This document shows, piece by piece, positions 37,319-49,757 of a stretch of DNA of 64,000 nt (within the stretch, counting starts at the first letter, position 1; every line of letters starts with the position of its first letter). The position numbers and the translations under genes are program-made. The DNA is from Pseudovirgaria hyperparasitica (taxonomy: Eukaryota). A model generated the notes under the pieces. The model saw only the letters and a list, made by a program, of their open reading frames with translations. It ran no database searches and was not told where the DNA came from. The stretch lies in the NCBI GenBank assembly GCA_010093815.1, contig ML996574.1; one strand, given 5' to 3'.

Positions 37319-40300
37319 ATGGCTAACCGTGACACGCATATACAACGTGCGGAGGCCTTAAGCGTTAGCGCCCTCCTACCTTATATCTAGTACCTCCGAG
37401 GCCCATACCTAATACCTAAAATAAGTTATAATATATATAGGGCTACTATTATTAAGATAGTAAGTAAAGAAGTAGTGATAGAGCTTAAAACTAGTAGTAT
37501 AGATACTACTATACTCTATAGGATAGTTAAGGAAACCGTTACTAGAGAATTCAATTGGCACATCGCGGCTATAAATAGTAAGTTAGTACCGACGGTTACG
37601 ACCATAGATATAATAGAGGCTAAACTAGACATAGATACTATAGGTATAGGTACGTAGACATAGTTACCGCTGGAACATAAGGAGAAAGATAATATGGAAG
37701 ATACTAAAATGGAAGACGACGTAGCTAGTATACTTAGACACATATATATACACACGGTCCTAGATACTAACATTAGAGTAGTATCGAATATAGGCGCGGT
37801 TATAACTACTAACATAGATAATCTATCTATGAATATCGTCGTGCCTAGCGAAGCTTATCCACGCGTAAACATACTAGCTATAGAGATATAGTTATAGTTG
37901 CCGCCGGAACATGCGGAGAAAGAGAACGTGGAAGATACTAAAATGGAAGACGACGCAGCTAGTATGCTTAGATACATATATATATACATGGTCCTAGATG
38001 CTAACATTAGAGTAGTATCGAAGATAGGTACGGCTATAACTACCGACATAGATAATCTACCTACGAATGTCGTCGTGCCTAGCGAAGCTTATCCACGCGT
38101 AAATATACTAGCTATAGAGATATAGTTATAGTTGCCGCCGGAACATGCGGAGAAAGAGAACGTGGAAGATACTAAAATGGAAGACGACGCAGCTAGTATA
38201 CTTAGATATATATATATATACATGGTCCTAGATGCTAACATTAGAGTAGTATCGAAGATAGATGCGGCTATAACCACCGATATAGATAACTACCTATGAA
38301 TATCGTCGTGCCTAGCGAAGCTTATCCACGCGTAAACATACTAGCTATAGAGATATAGTTATAGTTACCGTCGGAATATACGGAGAAAGAGAACGTGGAA
38401 GATACTAAAATAGAAGACGACGTAGCTAGTATACTTAGACATATATATATATACATGGTTCTAGATACTAATATTAGAGTAGTATTAAAGACAGGTGCGG
38501 CTATAATTACTAATATAGACAATTCCCCCACGAATGCCGTCGTGCCTCTAGATACCGGCGAGACTTATCTACGGCTACTAGAAATAAAGAGGACACTCTC
38601 GGATAATATAGTAAACCTAGTCGATTCTCCGAAACGCCTAAAACTAGAATATATTATACTACTAGATATCGACCGGTAGACATATGAAAACCAGGAACTA
38701 TTCGGGTTAGTAGATAATTTGTATAGTAGATATATATCGGATAGTATATTAGCGAACGGCCTTGACTTTAAAATCCTTTCTATAGACGACGACTCTAATA
38801 GAGATAAAGTAAAGCTAGATATAGAGGACTTAATTCCGGTAGATAACGATATTAGTACGAAACTATAGGAAGCGTAAGTCATACTAAGAAGTAAGTAGGA
38901 ATATATACTACCATACTAATGTATCTATAGAATATTCGCCGTTAATAACTCTAATAAAGTAGTCTAAGCTATCTCTTATTATACGGAAGAGATACGGTTA
39001 CTTACTATAAGTATGTTTAGGCTTACGCTAGACGACCTAATAAAGGAGTTCGGCTATATACCCACTCTATATCTAGCCTTTAGTATAAGTGGGTCATATA
39101 GGCCATGGGCCGGCTAGTTACTCGCGGTAGTTACTATGTTTAAGTAGCGGGCGGGTCCGTGGAAGTGCTAGATCTTAGTAGATGGTCTAGGGCTAGGGAA
39201 GATAATCGTGCTTATAATGTTCATCCACCTCGCGTTTTATTAGGACTTTCTACGCGATAATATAGAACTTAATCTAGGAAATTATCTATAACCGACTTAA
39301 GACTCGGGCATGGATAGGAAGTGTCCGATATAATCTCTACATCCGATTAAATGTCCGTGTAGCTAGACCGATAATTTCGTCCATGTGCCCCGCCTTTAAG
39401 GACCATTTATACTATACTACCTAAGGTCCCTTCTAATAGCGCATTGGCCGCAGCGCTTTAAATAGATGTATAACGATACGGATAGCATGTTTACCGATTA
39501 AATTGATAAACGGAACCTAATAAAGATAATAGTACGGCTGGTATACTCGAAAACCCTTACCGACGCCCCTAGTATCTAATAATTCTCGCATATAGACCGA
39601 TAATACTTAGCTAAGAGATACCTATACCCCGAATGGGAACATAGCGTCGATATTAGTAATACTACTAAATTTAAGACCGACGAGGAGTATATTATTAGAG
39701 CATGGTTGATTCCCGTTAATAGGACCGCTACTACCGAATTTCCGTCGCGATACACGAAGAACCATATAATCTATAGTACCATCTAGAGTATAGAACCCTA
39801 ATATCTTAAATCTTTTAAGGGACGCGTGGTTATAAGAGTAAAGAGGGCGAAATAATTTAGTACTAAAAATACTTAAACTCGCGAAGTAGCATTCCTCGGT
39901 ATATTAATAGTAGACGAGTTCTATTCCGCAAAGAACCCCGATATAAAATAGTATAAATATACGATATATAATGCCCTTATATTTAGTATATAGGTTAGTG
40001 TAACGCCCCTCTCGAATAGTCTAGTAGATATTCTAGCGGCTATTGAGGCAGGTGCTCTAGATAAGTTACCCGACTACGTCGACGATAATACTACTAAAAG
40101 GGTATTCGAGAGCCTATAGAATAAAACTATAAGGAAGATTATTATAACGTGGTTAAATAAACTCCTTAGTTTAATAAAAGGCAAGCTAGCGGATACGATG
40201 GCCGCGATAGTCCGTAGGGCATTAGAAACCATAGAAGGTAAGCGCATACTACGTATGGTAGCCGATTGGTATTTACTATTTATTCTATAACGGGGACTAC

Positions 40301-41400
40301 TAACTAAATGGTTTAACGGAGAGGCATGTCTATCTATAATATTAAAGCTAGTAGTAGAGTTTATATCCGTCCCGGCTATAGAACTAGAGAAGATAATTAT
40401 ACGGTTATACGAGAATAGAGGTAGATAGTTTAATAATCTATAGCCTAACGGAACGCCGTAGGACTCGTAGATATAATCTATCGCCTAGAGTAAATCGAAA
40501 GGGGGTACCGGGTCCAGGCTTAACGCATACTACCATTAGGCTAGGCTAGCTACTACATATATACTACTTATATACCTTACTAATAAAAAGATAGAAGACG
40601 AGTAAATTAATATTACGCTCACGCGTCGGAGGGATAGTAATAATAGTATACCGAGTAAGATAATCACCAATCCCGTACGCGAAGCGCTCCTATAGCTAGA
40701 TAAGGCCATACAAAAGGAGATAGTATCACTAGCTAATAAACACGCTTCGAAGGTAAACTAGATCCGTAACTTTATTAATAATAACGTTTATAATGAAAGT
40801 ACTAGACGCGCGCGACGAACATCCGCCGACCGCCTAGAGAAAATCGTACTTATATATACCGTACCGGCAAGCTTAATGTTTCTATACTTAGTAAGTGTTT
40901 ATACTACCTACTAGTAACGTAATTCACTAATATATATAGGTACTACGTCCATATGCATAAGCGAAAATGTTAGTATATTTACCAGCCGGCCTAAGTACGT
41001 CCGAATTAAATAAGGTATATAGATTATTTAGGTCGACCAAGTCGGATTCTCCGTGTATTCTACTAGTATTAGCTTTATAGGTCTGCGAAGGATAAGACCT
41101 AATAGTCGCCGGTTTTATAGTATTAGTGGACTAATGCTTACGTAAGGAGACGTGGCCGTAGGCAAGTATAAGATATTATCACCATGGATAATATCGGCCT
41201 ATAGTATATACGTATGCTTTGATTTTAGACTATTTAGAGGTCGAGGCTAGACTCGCCGCGTTAGGTAAGGTAATCGAAAGCACGAGGATATAAGCCTTAG
41301 ACCTAGGAAAAGAAGATATAGCTATAGTAGAGATAGCCACACCTAACATGCTAGTAATAGGCGTACGCTTTAATCCTATAGAGATATAGTAGTATAGAAG
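37319..41400 (+). pseudogene. RIP-degraded SNF2-like (SF2) ATPase/helicase with N-terminal 78-aa tandem repeats
   Basis: RPWAG(Q)L (Q motif) ~39100; ILVDGLGLGK (motif I) 39172-39201; GPFILLLPK..IAHW (Ia) ~39400; ILIVDEF(H)SAKN (II) ~39901; VSVTPLSNS(P)VD (III) ~39994; SKVN.IRNFI and EKIVLIY (helicase C) ~40747-40857; intron GTAAGT...CTAAT...AG ~40891-40939. Start and end approximate. Confidence 0.75.
37660..38547 (+). repeat. 234-bp (78-codon) tandem repeat, ~3.8 units
   Basis: Unit starts at 37660, 37894, 38128 and 38361 (third unit 233 bp); encodes PPEHAEKENVEDTKMEDD...VVVPSEAYPRVN. Confidence 0.95.
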
Positions 41401-41534
41401 TAAGTAAGGTAGTCGGTTAATTAGCTTCTAAGAGACTAGATAGTATGGTAGTATAAATACGAACCGCTGTTTACTCATGATTACATGTCTATATATATCT
41501 ATACGTAAAGAGAAATAAGATATTTATTCTATAC

Positions 41535-42060
41535 CGTTATATAGTAGGACGTTACTATATATGCCGGTATATAACGGAATATTCCGACATGCGCCGGTAT
41601 ATTATAGAATATTTCTAGATACTCGAAGTATAGTCGTAGTATAAAGTAGCATTACTATTATATACCGGCATATGGTAGGACGTTACTATATATACCGGTA
41701 TATAACGGGATCATGTTCTAACATACTATACGCCGCCGGTATATCATAGAATATTCCTAGATACTCGAAGTATAGTCGTAATATAAAGTAGTATTACTAT
41801 ACTATACCGGTATTTAGTAGGACGTTACTATATATACCGGCATATAACGGGATTAAACGTTTTCTTAACGTTCGATAGAACGATTCTAAAAGAACCGGGA
41901 TGGCTCTAGGAGAACTAGAATAACTCCGGGAGGACTAGGACGACTCTAGGAGGATTAGGATAACTCTAGAAGTACCGGGACGACTCTAGGAGGATTGGGA
42001 CAACTCTAGAAGTACCGGGACCCATTTGGGATAACTTTAGAAGTACCGGGAGACCTAGAA
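41535..42060. repeat. Right subterminal repeats of the CACTA/Plavaka element: ~130-140-bp units (41535-41852) then ~20-bp units (41890-42060)
   Basis: GTAGGACGTTACTATATA..CCGG recurs at ~41544, 41675 and 41817; GGGACGACTCTAG[G/A]AG-type 20-mers repeat up to the TIR. Confidence 0.85.
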
Positions 42061-42199
42061 GCATTGGGAGCGCCGTATCTTTCCTAATAAAGTATCTTTT
42101 TCTCCTATACCTCCTTCTTCTTTTCTTCCTTATTAGTTCCTAACGGGGCCCGTTCTATAGTAACGAAATAGGCCTTCGATAGGTAGGCTTCGATTACAC

Positions 42200-45100
42200 G
42201 ACCGGTTTTAATATATGGTAGGTGGAATTCGCGTAAACGCCATTATGTCTTCTTTTAAGTATTACTTACTTTAATAATAAGTTTTATTATTTTATAGTGA
42301 TAATAGGGTTCATTATTCTCTTTCGATAATAGAGTTCATCGTTCTTTTTCGATAATGGAGTTCATCGTCATAAGGCTACTTTTATAAGTATCCCTTCCCT
42401 CCTTAAAAAAACTTCTATCCCCTAGAAGAAGATATCGATTCTAGAGAAACGTAAATATTCTTCTCTATTAAAGTCTTGCGGAGTAGGAATCACTACTTCT
42501 ACCCGGGTTCGTGTAGCGTCGTCGAGGTGTTCCGTAAGTTATTTATAATAGTTTTCCTTATCGCTACTCTCCTTATGTTCCTCGGTAATTCTTCTAATTA
42601 GTAGTCGCAAGGGCTCGTCGTAACTCTCGTTACTTACATTTCTTATAAAATATTTCTTTAACCTATGGCTAGGAAACGTCCCTCTAAGCATGGCTCTATT
42701 AAGCTCCGCGAGCTTATAAGTATAATTAAACACGGACTAGATTCTATATGGCCCCCTCTAATACTACCTTAGCTTCCGCTCTATATCCTTCTATCGCTAC
42801 GAGTTATATAGAAGGATAATCGTATCAACTAGTAACGACTCTTAATGAAGGTAATAGTCGTTATTCTATGCCTCTCTTAATTCCTTACGCGTTCGTATCG
42901 TGTGGGTATAGGCCTCCTTAAGATTCTCGGATCTTCTCTTAAGTTATCTAGCTTAAAGAGCGAGTAAGTCGGATGTTAATTACACCTTATCCTAAGGGAG
43001 CATTTAGAGTGACTCGAATTCGACTTTAATAGATATAATTAGTTTATGGCCGAGCACGAGGTATACGGTACTATACCCTATACTAGCACGTGTTATTATT
43101 CTATCTACCTAGATAACCGCATGGAGGTGGCCGGGCTAGTTCTTGAATCCGCCATTAGTTATCTTCGCGAGAGTATTAGCGAGTAGTATAAAACTTCTCT
43201 CGATAATCCCATTTACTTAGGGATTATATATAGACGTAACCTTCTAATAAATTCTATAGAGTCGGAGGAGCTCCTCTATGGCACCTATATTTTCTCTACT
43301 ACCGTTATAGATGATTTTAGGAATAATTCTATATCTATAGATTACGTTCTTAAAGAGGAACTTTACGACGACTATAGACGTAGCCGCTATACATACCTCC
43401 GCCTTAGTCTATCCGCTTAGCTATTCTTATATAGATACCACTTTACTATACCCTATAGAAGGTGGTAGCGTCGTTACGTCTAAGTATATTCTTTACTAAA
43501 GAATAGGCGTTATAACGTAGTAGAGCCCTTTATTAAGACCTCTAAGGAGTTTACTTCGTCGTTAATATTTATTATAGGTTTTTACGTACTATCGCACGTC
43601 TCTATGTATATCTACCTACTAATACTTATCCTTAATCCTTCTAAGGGTCCCTTCGCTACCTCTATAATCTATCTCGTTATAAGTGGCGGTAATTATACAC
43701 GCCCTAGTATTCGGATCCTTAATTACTCGTGTATGTTAGCGATATCTATCTCCTCTCTACTAGAGTATTCGGTCACGTATAAGGAACTTTAGGTAGTCGG
43801 TTATAAAGGCCTTATACGCTCGGTCGGTTAGATTAGTTAGCCTCTTAAGTATAGTAAGGTACTTTATAATCCTCTACTATTTATCGCTATATTCATCTAT
43901 TAAGGGAGACTTAATAGCGGTATAGTTAAGTATCCCTATCGTGTAATCTCTCCCGCTAACGGGCTTAATTAACGACGTCTCTAGCACGTCTATATATAGA
44001 GCCATATCTACGAACTCGTCTAGATTAAAGGTAGAGATATCTAGTGGTTCTTCTCCTTTATACATCCGTAAGATACCGTTAGCGACTACGTTACGCTTTC
44101 TAGGTACGTATCTAACTATAAAGTTCTATAGCTAAATCCACGCGAGCCATCTAGTAATAAGCGCCCCTAGTAAGTTAGTTATAGTATGGTTAATTTAAGC
44201 GACTAGAGTATTCGCGTCTATTTCTATAATAAAGTACGTACTATAGAGGTATTACTAGAACTTCTATAACGCGTAGAGGAGGGCTCGGTACTCTAGCTTC
44301 ACGGTGTCGTAGTTTCTCTTAGCTTTTAACTATATTCCTCTATTATACCGCGATGGCTAACATTTATAATTCTCGTTCTCCTATATTAACGTAGCTCTCT
44401 ACCTAATATTACTAGAGTCTACTACTAGGATTATATCTCCCGTACCTATCCCGTACTATAACGTTATTAGTACGGGAGTAGTAGTTAGAGCTATCTTTAG
44501 CGCGTCTATCGAGGTCTACTCCTTAGCTATCTACTACTAGGCCGATTTATTCTTTAATAGTATAAATAGTAGTAATGTAATAATAGTGTACCCGGGGATC
44601 CATATCCGGAAATATATATAAACGCCAAGGAAGGCTCGTATATTTATCGTGTTTTTATAGGGTTTCTAGTCCCTAATAGTAGTAACCTTTTTATTACTCG
44701 GTCGCCTCCCTTTAATATCGTAGACGTATCCTATAACGTTAGCGGCTTTAATATACTACTAAGTCTTCTTACTACTTAGAGTGTATCCGGCACGCTCTAT
44801 ATCTACGAGAACCTTATCCACGTTAATTAAATATTCTAGGATATATCTATAAATTCTAGGTAGGGCCTCCTTAGAGTTATATTTCGTTATAGGTCCTTTA
44901 ATACCTAAGTTATCTAGGAATAGTAGAGCCCTCTCCGGGATATGTTCTTATATAATAGTTAATATAATCCTAATAAACTAAGCTACTAAATTAGTAGCCC
45001 CTTAAGGTAATATTATCCTATATAGTAATCCTAGGGGCGTTATAAACCCCGTTAAGTCTTAGTAATACTCTACTAATAGAATCTAATCATATTCTAAGAA

Positions 45101-48100
45101 GAAGTTAGTAAACGTTAAGACGGCTATCCCCGTAAAGTACTCCGAGAACTCTTTACACGAGGGCGGCGTGGCCGTATTACGAATGGTAACTCGGTTAATT
45201 TCTATCGCCGAATTAATTAACCTATAATCTCGTTCCTTATTGGCTTCCTTCTTCTTTTCCACGAGAAAATAGGCGTTTTAATAAGGACTACTATAGGGCT
45301 CGAGCCTTCCGCTATTAAGACGCTCTTTTAGAATCGTAAGTACCTTCCTATAAAGGGCTCTAGAAATATTAAAGTTCTTAGTCTACTATACCTTATGTTC
45401 TACCGTTCGGATCTCCTACGGAGGTGCTACCTCTTCGTTAAATTTACTAAGGTATAAGAATTTCTATGCTAGTGCTTCCTCGCGATATAATAAGATTATA
45501 CGTAGTAACTTAAGTTCCGCGGGATATAGCTCTATTCTAATCTTTAGCTAACTTATACGTAGAGACGTTAGACGTGTTCCTAGTAGGATAGTTACCCTTC
45601 GAGGCTCTATTAGCCTATTAAACGCGTTAAGGCCTAGGTGGACGGCTGGAAGAAGTACCTACCGTGCGATTACTCGTTCACGCTAGTCTAGATACCCTAA
45701 TAGATTCCTAGAAACCTTTCGGTGGGCTTCGGAGTTATCCATAGAGTATACTTTAACTCCCTTTCTTTTATATATAGTAGCCATACTAAATCCCTTTAAT
45801 ACCCCGGATGAATACCGTCTTTAGAGGCCGGTGGAGCCTACTATAAGCCGTTCTATTATTATACCTTATTTATATACGAAGGTAGCGTACCTTACCGCCG
45901 TAACTAGGGCGGCTAAGTTATCTTTTCTCGATAACCAAGTAACATTTTTAGGCCGGATTTTCTCGGAAAGCAACTCTATATAACTTATTTCTATATCCGT
46001 ATAAAAATATAGCCTATCCCCTTCGTTAGTAGGTTTACTAGACTCTATTTAGTACGGATTATTAGTTAAGGGTAGCCCTTAACTAATAATCCGGCTTAAC
46101 TCCGGCTTCCGGCGATATATTCCGCTATATAGTTAGTCTCTAGCCACGGAGTTACCCTCCTTCTCTAAGACTAGAATATACTTATCCGGACTAGTTTTAA
46201 AGGTTATACATTCTTATCTATATACGGAGTAGACTATTAAGAGTACTTACCTAGAGGCTAACCTCTATACCGTAAGTAAGGCCTGTCTAGTATATAGCTC
46301 CCCTAGGATAAGGTTATAATTAAGTTCGCTATATACGAATATCGAAGTAGCTATAATAATCTAACCTATATAGATAGGGTATTACTATACTATTCCCACG
46401 AATAGAGTACTATACTAAGTAGCGCTAACTAAACTCGAGTTCTTTATATATAGTAGAAGCGAAGATATCGCTAGCCTAAGACGCCTCGTAGCATCTAGTC
46501 GAATGCTATTTACCTATGCGCCACTATCGAATAGTACTATACTAGTTACCCTTTTAGGACTAACTTCCACGGAGTACCTCGGACACTCGGCTACTAGCCT
46601 TACTATCCCTTCCTTAAGCTAATTAATGTCTCGTTACGTAATAGCCGTCCCCGTGGTATAGAGGGGTACTAATATATTAAGTTTATTTATCTCGGGAGCT
46701 ATAGTATAGTCGTTTCTTCCTTTCTTCTCGGCTCTCTCTTCTCGAGCCTTACGGACCTCCCTAGCTATAAAGTTAGAGGCGCCCTTCTTGAACACCGCAC
46801 GACGTAAGTCGCCATTAAGGCTTAATAGTTCGCTAATAGTAATATTTATAGTTATTCCTAGAACGCGTACCAGCCATACTTCGCTAGCTTCTATACTTAG
46901 CCGCTATCCTTTACGTAGATAGTTATTAAGCTTAATACCTCGGATACGTGCCTTTTAACTAGGATTTAGGCTATTACCTTTATCTATCTTATCCTCTAGC
47001 GCCGTTAGCTCTTATTTAGATATTCCCTAGTCGCTACTCTTCTTACCGTCCTTCTATTCCTTAATAATCCTTATATACTACCCTTTACGCATTCTACGGA
47101 GACGGGCGATCTTTCTTTTCTTAGTACGATTAGGTATACTCTTCGTAATCCCCCTTCTAGATATTATGAGCATAGCGGGCTCTTCTAGGGCTATCTCCTT
47201 ATAGATATATCTATTACTAGCTACGTCGAAGCGTTCGTGGAATTCTATATATCTATCTTTCTTACTCTCGGGCGACGTAACTTCTTCTTCCGAATCGCTA
47301 TCTACTAAGGCCTAGTAGGGACCCTTCGTAGATTTTATACTAATACTATATACCGGCACTCCCTATGAAGCGTTAATATTTACTACGGACGTAGAAACCT
47401 TCACTCCTCCTCCGTACTAGCTTAGGCCGTTTTAAACCATTACTACGTAGTTCTAGATAGCTTATAGAGTAGCTTATAGCCCTACTAAGGAGGGTAGTAA
47501 TAGAATTTCTTCTCTATTCGCCCTAAAACGCCCTTAGAACACTCGTACCCTATTAATATTTAGTAATCCGTCTCTAATGTATCCTACTATCTCCGGATAT
47601 CTATATATTAGATAATCTCCTCTATACGTGATATATACAATTGGTCTTCGAGGTCTATCCTAGACTATAACGCCTTCTTAGGAGTCTCGGGTAGAGACAT
47701 ATTCTCTATTCTATATATAATTCTATAGATAAACTTACGTTAGTTCTATAGGCATGCCTCGTACTTAGAGATATACTAAAAGATTTAGCCTTCGCGTCTA
47801 CTAGTTAATAATGGCCGAAAGTAGCTTAGGTTCGTACTTCTTAAGGGATGGGAATAAGGGATTAGAGGTAAAGTAGGACTTTATCTTAATTAACGTAAGG
47901 TCTAGTTTACTAAATCTCTCTACCATCTTATTAAACTTATCCGATTCTAGCGCGACGTATACTACGACTAGAGAGGGGTAGTTAAATTTATTAGTTCTTC
48001 TTTCTTCATGTAACTACTCTTCTAAGCCGGTCTTCTTACTCCCTATCTTTGATTTATAGTATATAGCTATAGCTAGCTCTTATGCGGCTAAGTGCTTATT

Positions 48101-48838
48101 AATACGAGCTAGTTCCTTAAGTACTCTAGCCTTTCGTAATACGAAGCCATAGATAATTACCTAGTCGTAACTATGTACTTCCATTATGAGTTAACATTTC
48201 TCTATAGCCCGAGCCTTAAGACTATTAGGTAGCCCTTCTAGGAAGAGCTCTATTCGCGAATATAAGCTTAGGCTTCCTTTAGCTATAAGTTTCTCCATGA
48301 TAACACGATACTAGGAGTAGTATATAGGGAGAGAGTAGGATGGGTCTACTTTAACCATTTCCACGTATTTTCGGATAAAGTAGATGGTGCCTTCCTCGAG
48401 GGTAGAGTTAAATAGAGAGAATTCCTTTAATAATTCTTCACGTAGCGTGGCCTACTACTATTTCTAAAACCTACTTATTCCTTTAATAGTAGGACGGAGA
48501 TAGTCCTCGTAGTATAACGGTAGGGAGGTTATCTTCTTATTAGGCGGAACTTCGTAGTTTATATATATATCCTCGTACTTCCGAAGGAAGGCCGTAATAT
48601 TTATTCCTTTAAAGCGCTTAGGGGCTAGGGTAGATAGAGGTACTATCTTTCCTTATTGCGTAAATACTACGAAGAAGTTAAGTATCTCTCTACGAGTTAC
48701 TAGGTCGTTATTTTAAGCTCCTATCGCACTATTACTAGTAGTAGGTGTGCTAGTAGAGACGCTGGGGGTAAGGTTATTAGTTAAGGGATTACCTTAACTA
48801 AAGGTTAGCCCAATACGTCTACCTACAACATCTATCAT
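42200..48838 (-). pseudogene. RIP-degraded gag-pol of Gypsy C (no chromodomain seen; FLDD-type RT)
   Basis: Gag PKRFKGINITAFLRKYED ~48575-48625; protease LFDSGA ~46515-46535; RT LLFLDNLGIKGP (FLDD) 44893-44926; RNase H ILVVDSS ~44412-44433; integrase IYLDVTTLPPS and GHKLIISIKVE relics ~43020-43490; 3' end approximate. Confidence 0.85.
46058..46090. repeat. 33-bp palindromic mini-element, copy 2 (inside Gypsy C pol, between protease and RT)
   Basis: Identical to copy 1; arms extend to a perfect 18-bp stem over 46055-46093. Confidence 0.9.
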
Positions 48839-49284
48839 CCCTTCTCTATATTAACTAATCCCTTTATAAGGTGAACTATTACTATCGTCTTTATTAATAT
48901 AAGGTTCACGGTATCCTACTTATGTTATTATCTTTATATAAGGCGTTCCTAAAGTAGTATACTCGTATGGCCGTGTTTATGAATAACAGCTATGGTAGTA
49001 CTAAACAGGTTGTATTTATCGTTTTTAAACTCTTCTTTACTACTTCATCTGGCCCTGTTTTATATCCTATTCCCCTAAGACATTTTCGAGTCGCGCTATC
49101 ACCTATATTAGTATGCGCATGCTTTTTACGGCTACTTTTAAGAGGCTAGCCCCTAGCGACTCCGGACTCCCTGTTTTCCGGACTCGTGGCTTTAATCTAG
49201 TAAGTCTAGACTACCTTATTAGGCACGCCATATACTTCCCCTAAGCTAGTTTCGGAGTCCTAATCTCCCCCTATAAGTTTGTAG

Positions 49285-49301
49285 TCCGGGTAGAACCTCT
49301 A
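49285..49301 (-). promoter_or_regulatory. Primer-binding site of Gypsy C, probably tRNA-Gln
   Basis: Plus strand TCCGGGTAGAACCTC[T]A resembles a fungal tRNA-Gln 3' end plus CCA (one RIP change); lies 4 nt from the 5' LTR. Confidence 0.65.
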
Positions 49302-49305
49302 AAAT

Positions 49306-49677
49306 TATAGTAAGCTATCGCTACGTGTGTCCCTTTTATAAATAGCTATGTTCCTAGTATAGTAGTCACAACGAACTTATAAGTATCTCTTCTAGGTATT
49401 ATAAGTTCTCTTTGAACGCACGACTTCTTATTAGTTCTCTTTTATAATAGGACGGGTCTATATAATACTCTTAATCAATTCTTCAATAGCTAAGCCTAAT
49501 AATTAATACCCATAGAGGCCTATAAACGTAAGAAAAGGTCGAATAGTCGAATATTAGTGATGGGGGGGAAGCGCCGAGTAGAATGACCAAGGAAAACGCC
49601 CTCCTTAAATATATAATGAAGCCATGTGATCGAGCTAGGGACACATACATGTAGGGCTGTAGGAGCGGCCTTCCACA
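49306..49677 (-). repeat. 5' LTR of Gypsy C
   Basis: 372-bp direct repeat of 16061-16432. Confidence 0.95.
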
Positions 49678-49724
49678 CTATATTACTATTATTTTACCCT
49701 TAGGTAGCACGTGTAGGTGCGGAG

Positions 49725-49757
49725 GTTATTAGTTAAGGGCTACCCCCGACTAATAAT
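49725..49757. repeat. 33-bp palindromic mini-element, copy 3 (inside the LINE fragment, opposite orientation)
   Basis: GTTATTAGTTAAGGG-CTA-CCCCCGACTAATAAT; the right arm is less RIPed. Confidence 0.85.

Larger units (their letters stand above)
19914..42089 (+). mobile_element. Giant (~22 kb) CACTA/CMC-type DNA transposon with Plavaka transposase and multi-gene cargo; RIP-inactivated
   Basis: 26-bp TIRs CATTAGGAAAGATACAGCGCTCCCAA (19914-19939) and TTGGGAGCGCCGTATCTTTCCTAATA (42064-42089), 2-bp TSD AA (19912-19913, 42090-42091), subterminal tandem-repeat arrays at both ends, Plavaka transposase motifs inside. Confidence 0.85.
16061..49677 (-). mobile_element. Gypsy/Ty3 retrotransposon C (different family; ~11.4 kb native length) with gag-pol and an extra third ORF; split by the CACTA/Plavaka element
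   Basis: 372-bp LTRs at 16061-16432 and 49306-49677 (TG...CA termini, one RIP-mutated), 4-bp TSD CTAT (16057-16060, 49678-49681), PPT GGGGAGG on the minus strand at ~16437-16443, PBS at 49285-49301. Confidence 0.92.

Noticed and set aside
37475..38882. Cluster of short ORFs on both strands
   Set aside because: Fragments and antisense shadows of the RIP-interrupted 234-bp repeat region, not separate genes.
19914..42089. Starship or Helitron interpretation of the large cargo element
   Set aside because: No tyrosine-recombinase captain or HUH Rep motifs were seen; the helicase is Upf1-type rather than Pif1-type; TIRs, subterminal repeats and a Plavaka transposase explain the boundaries.
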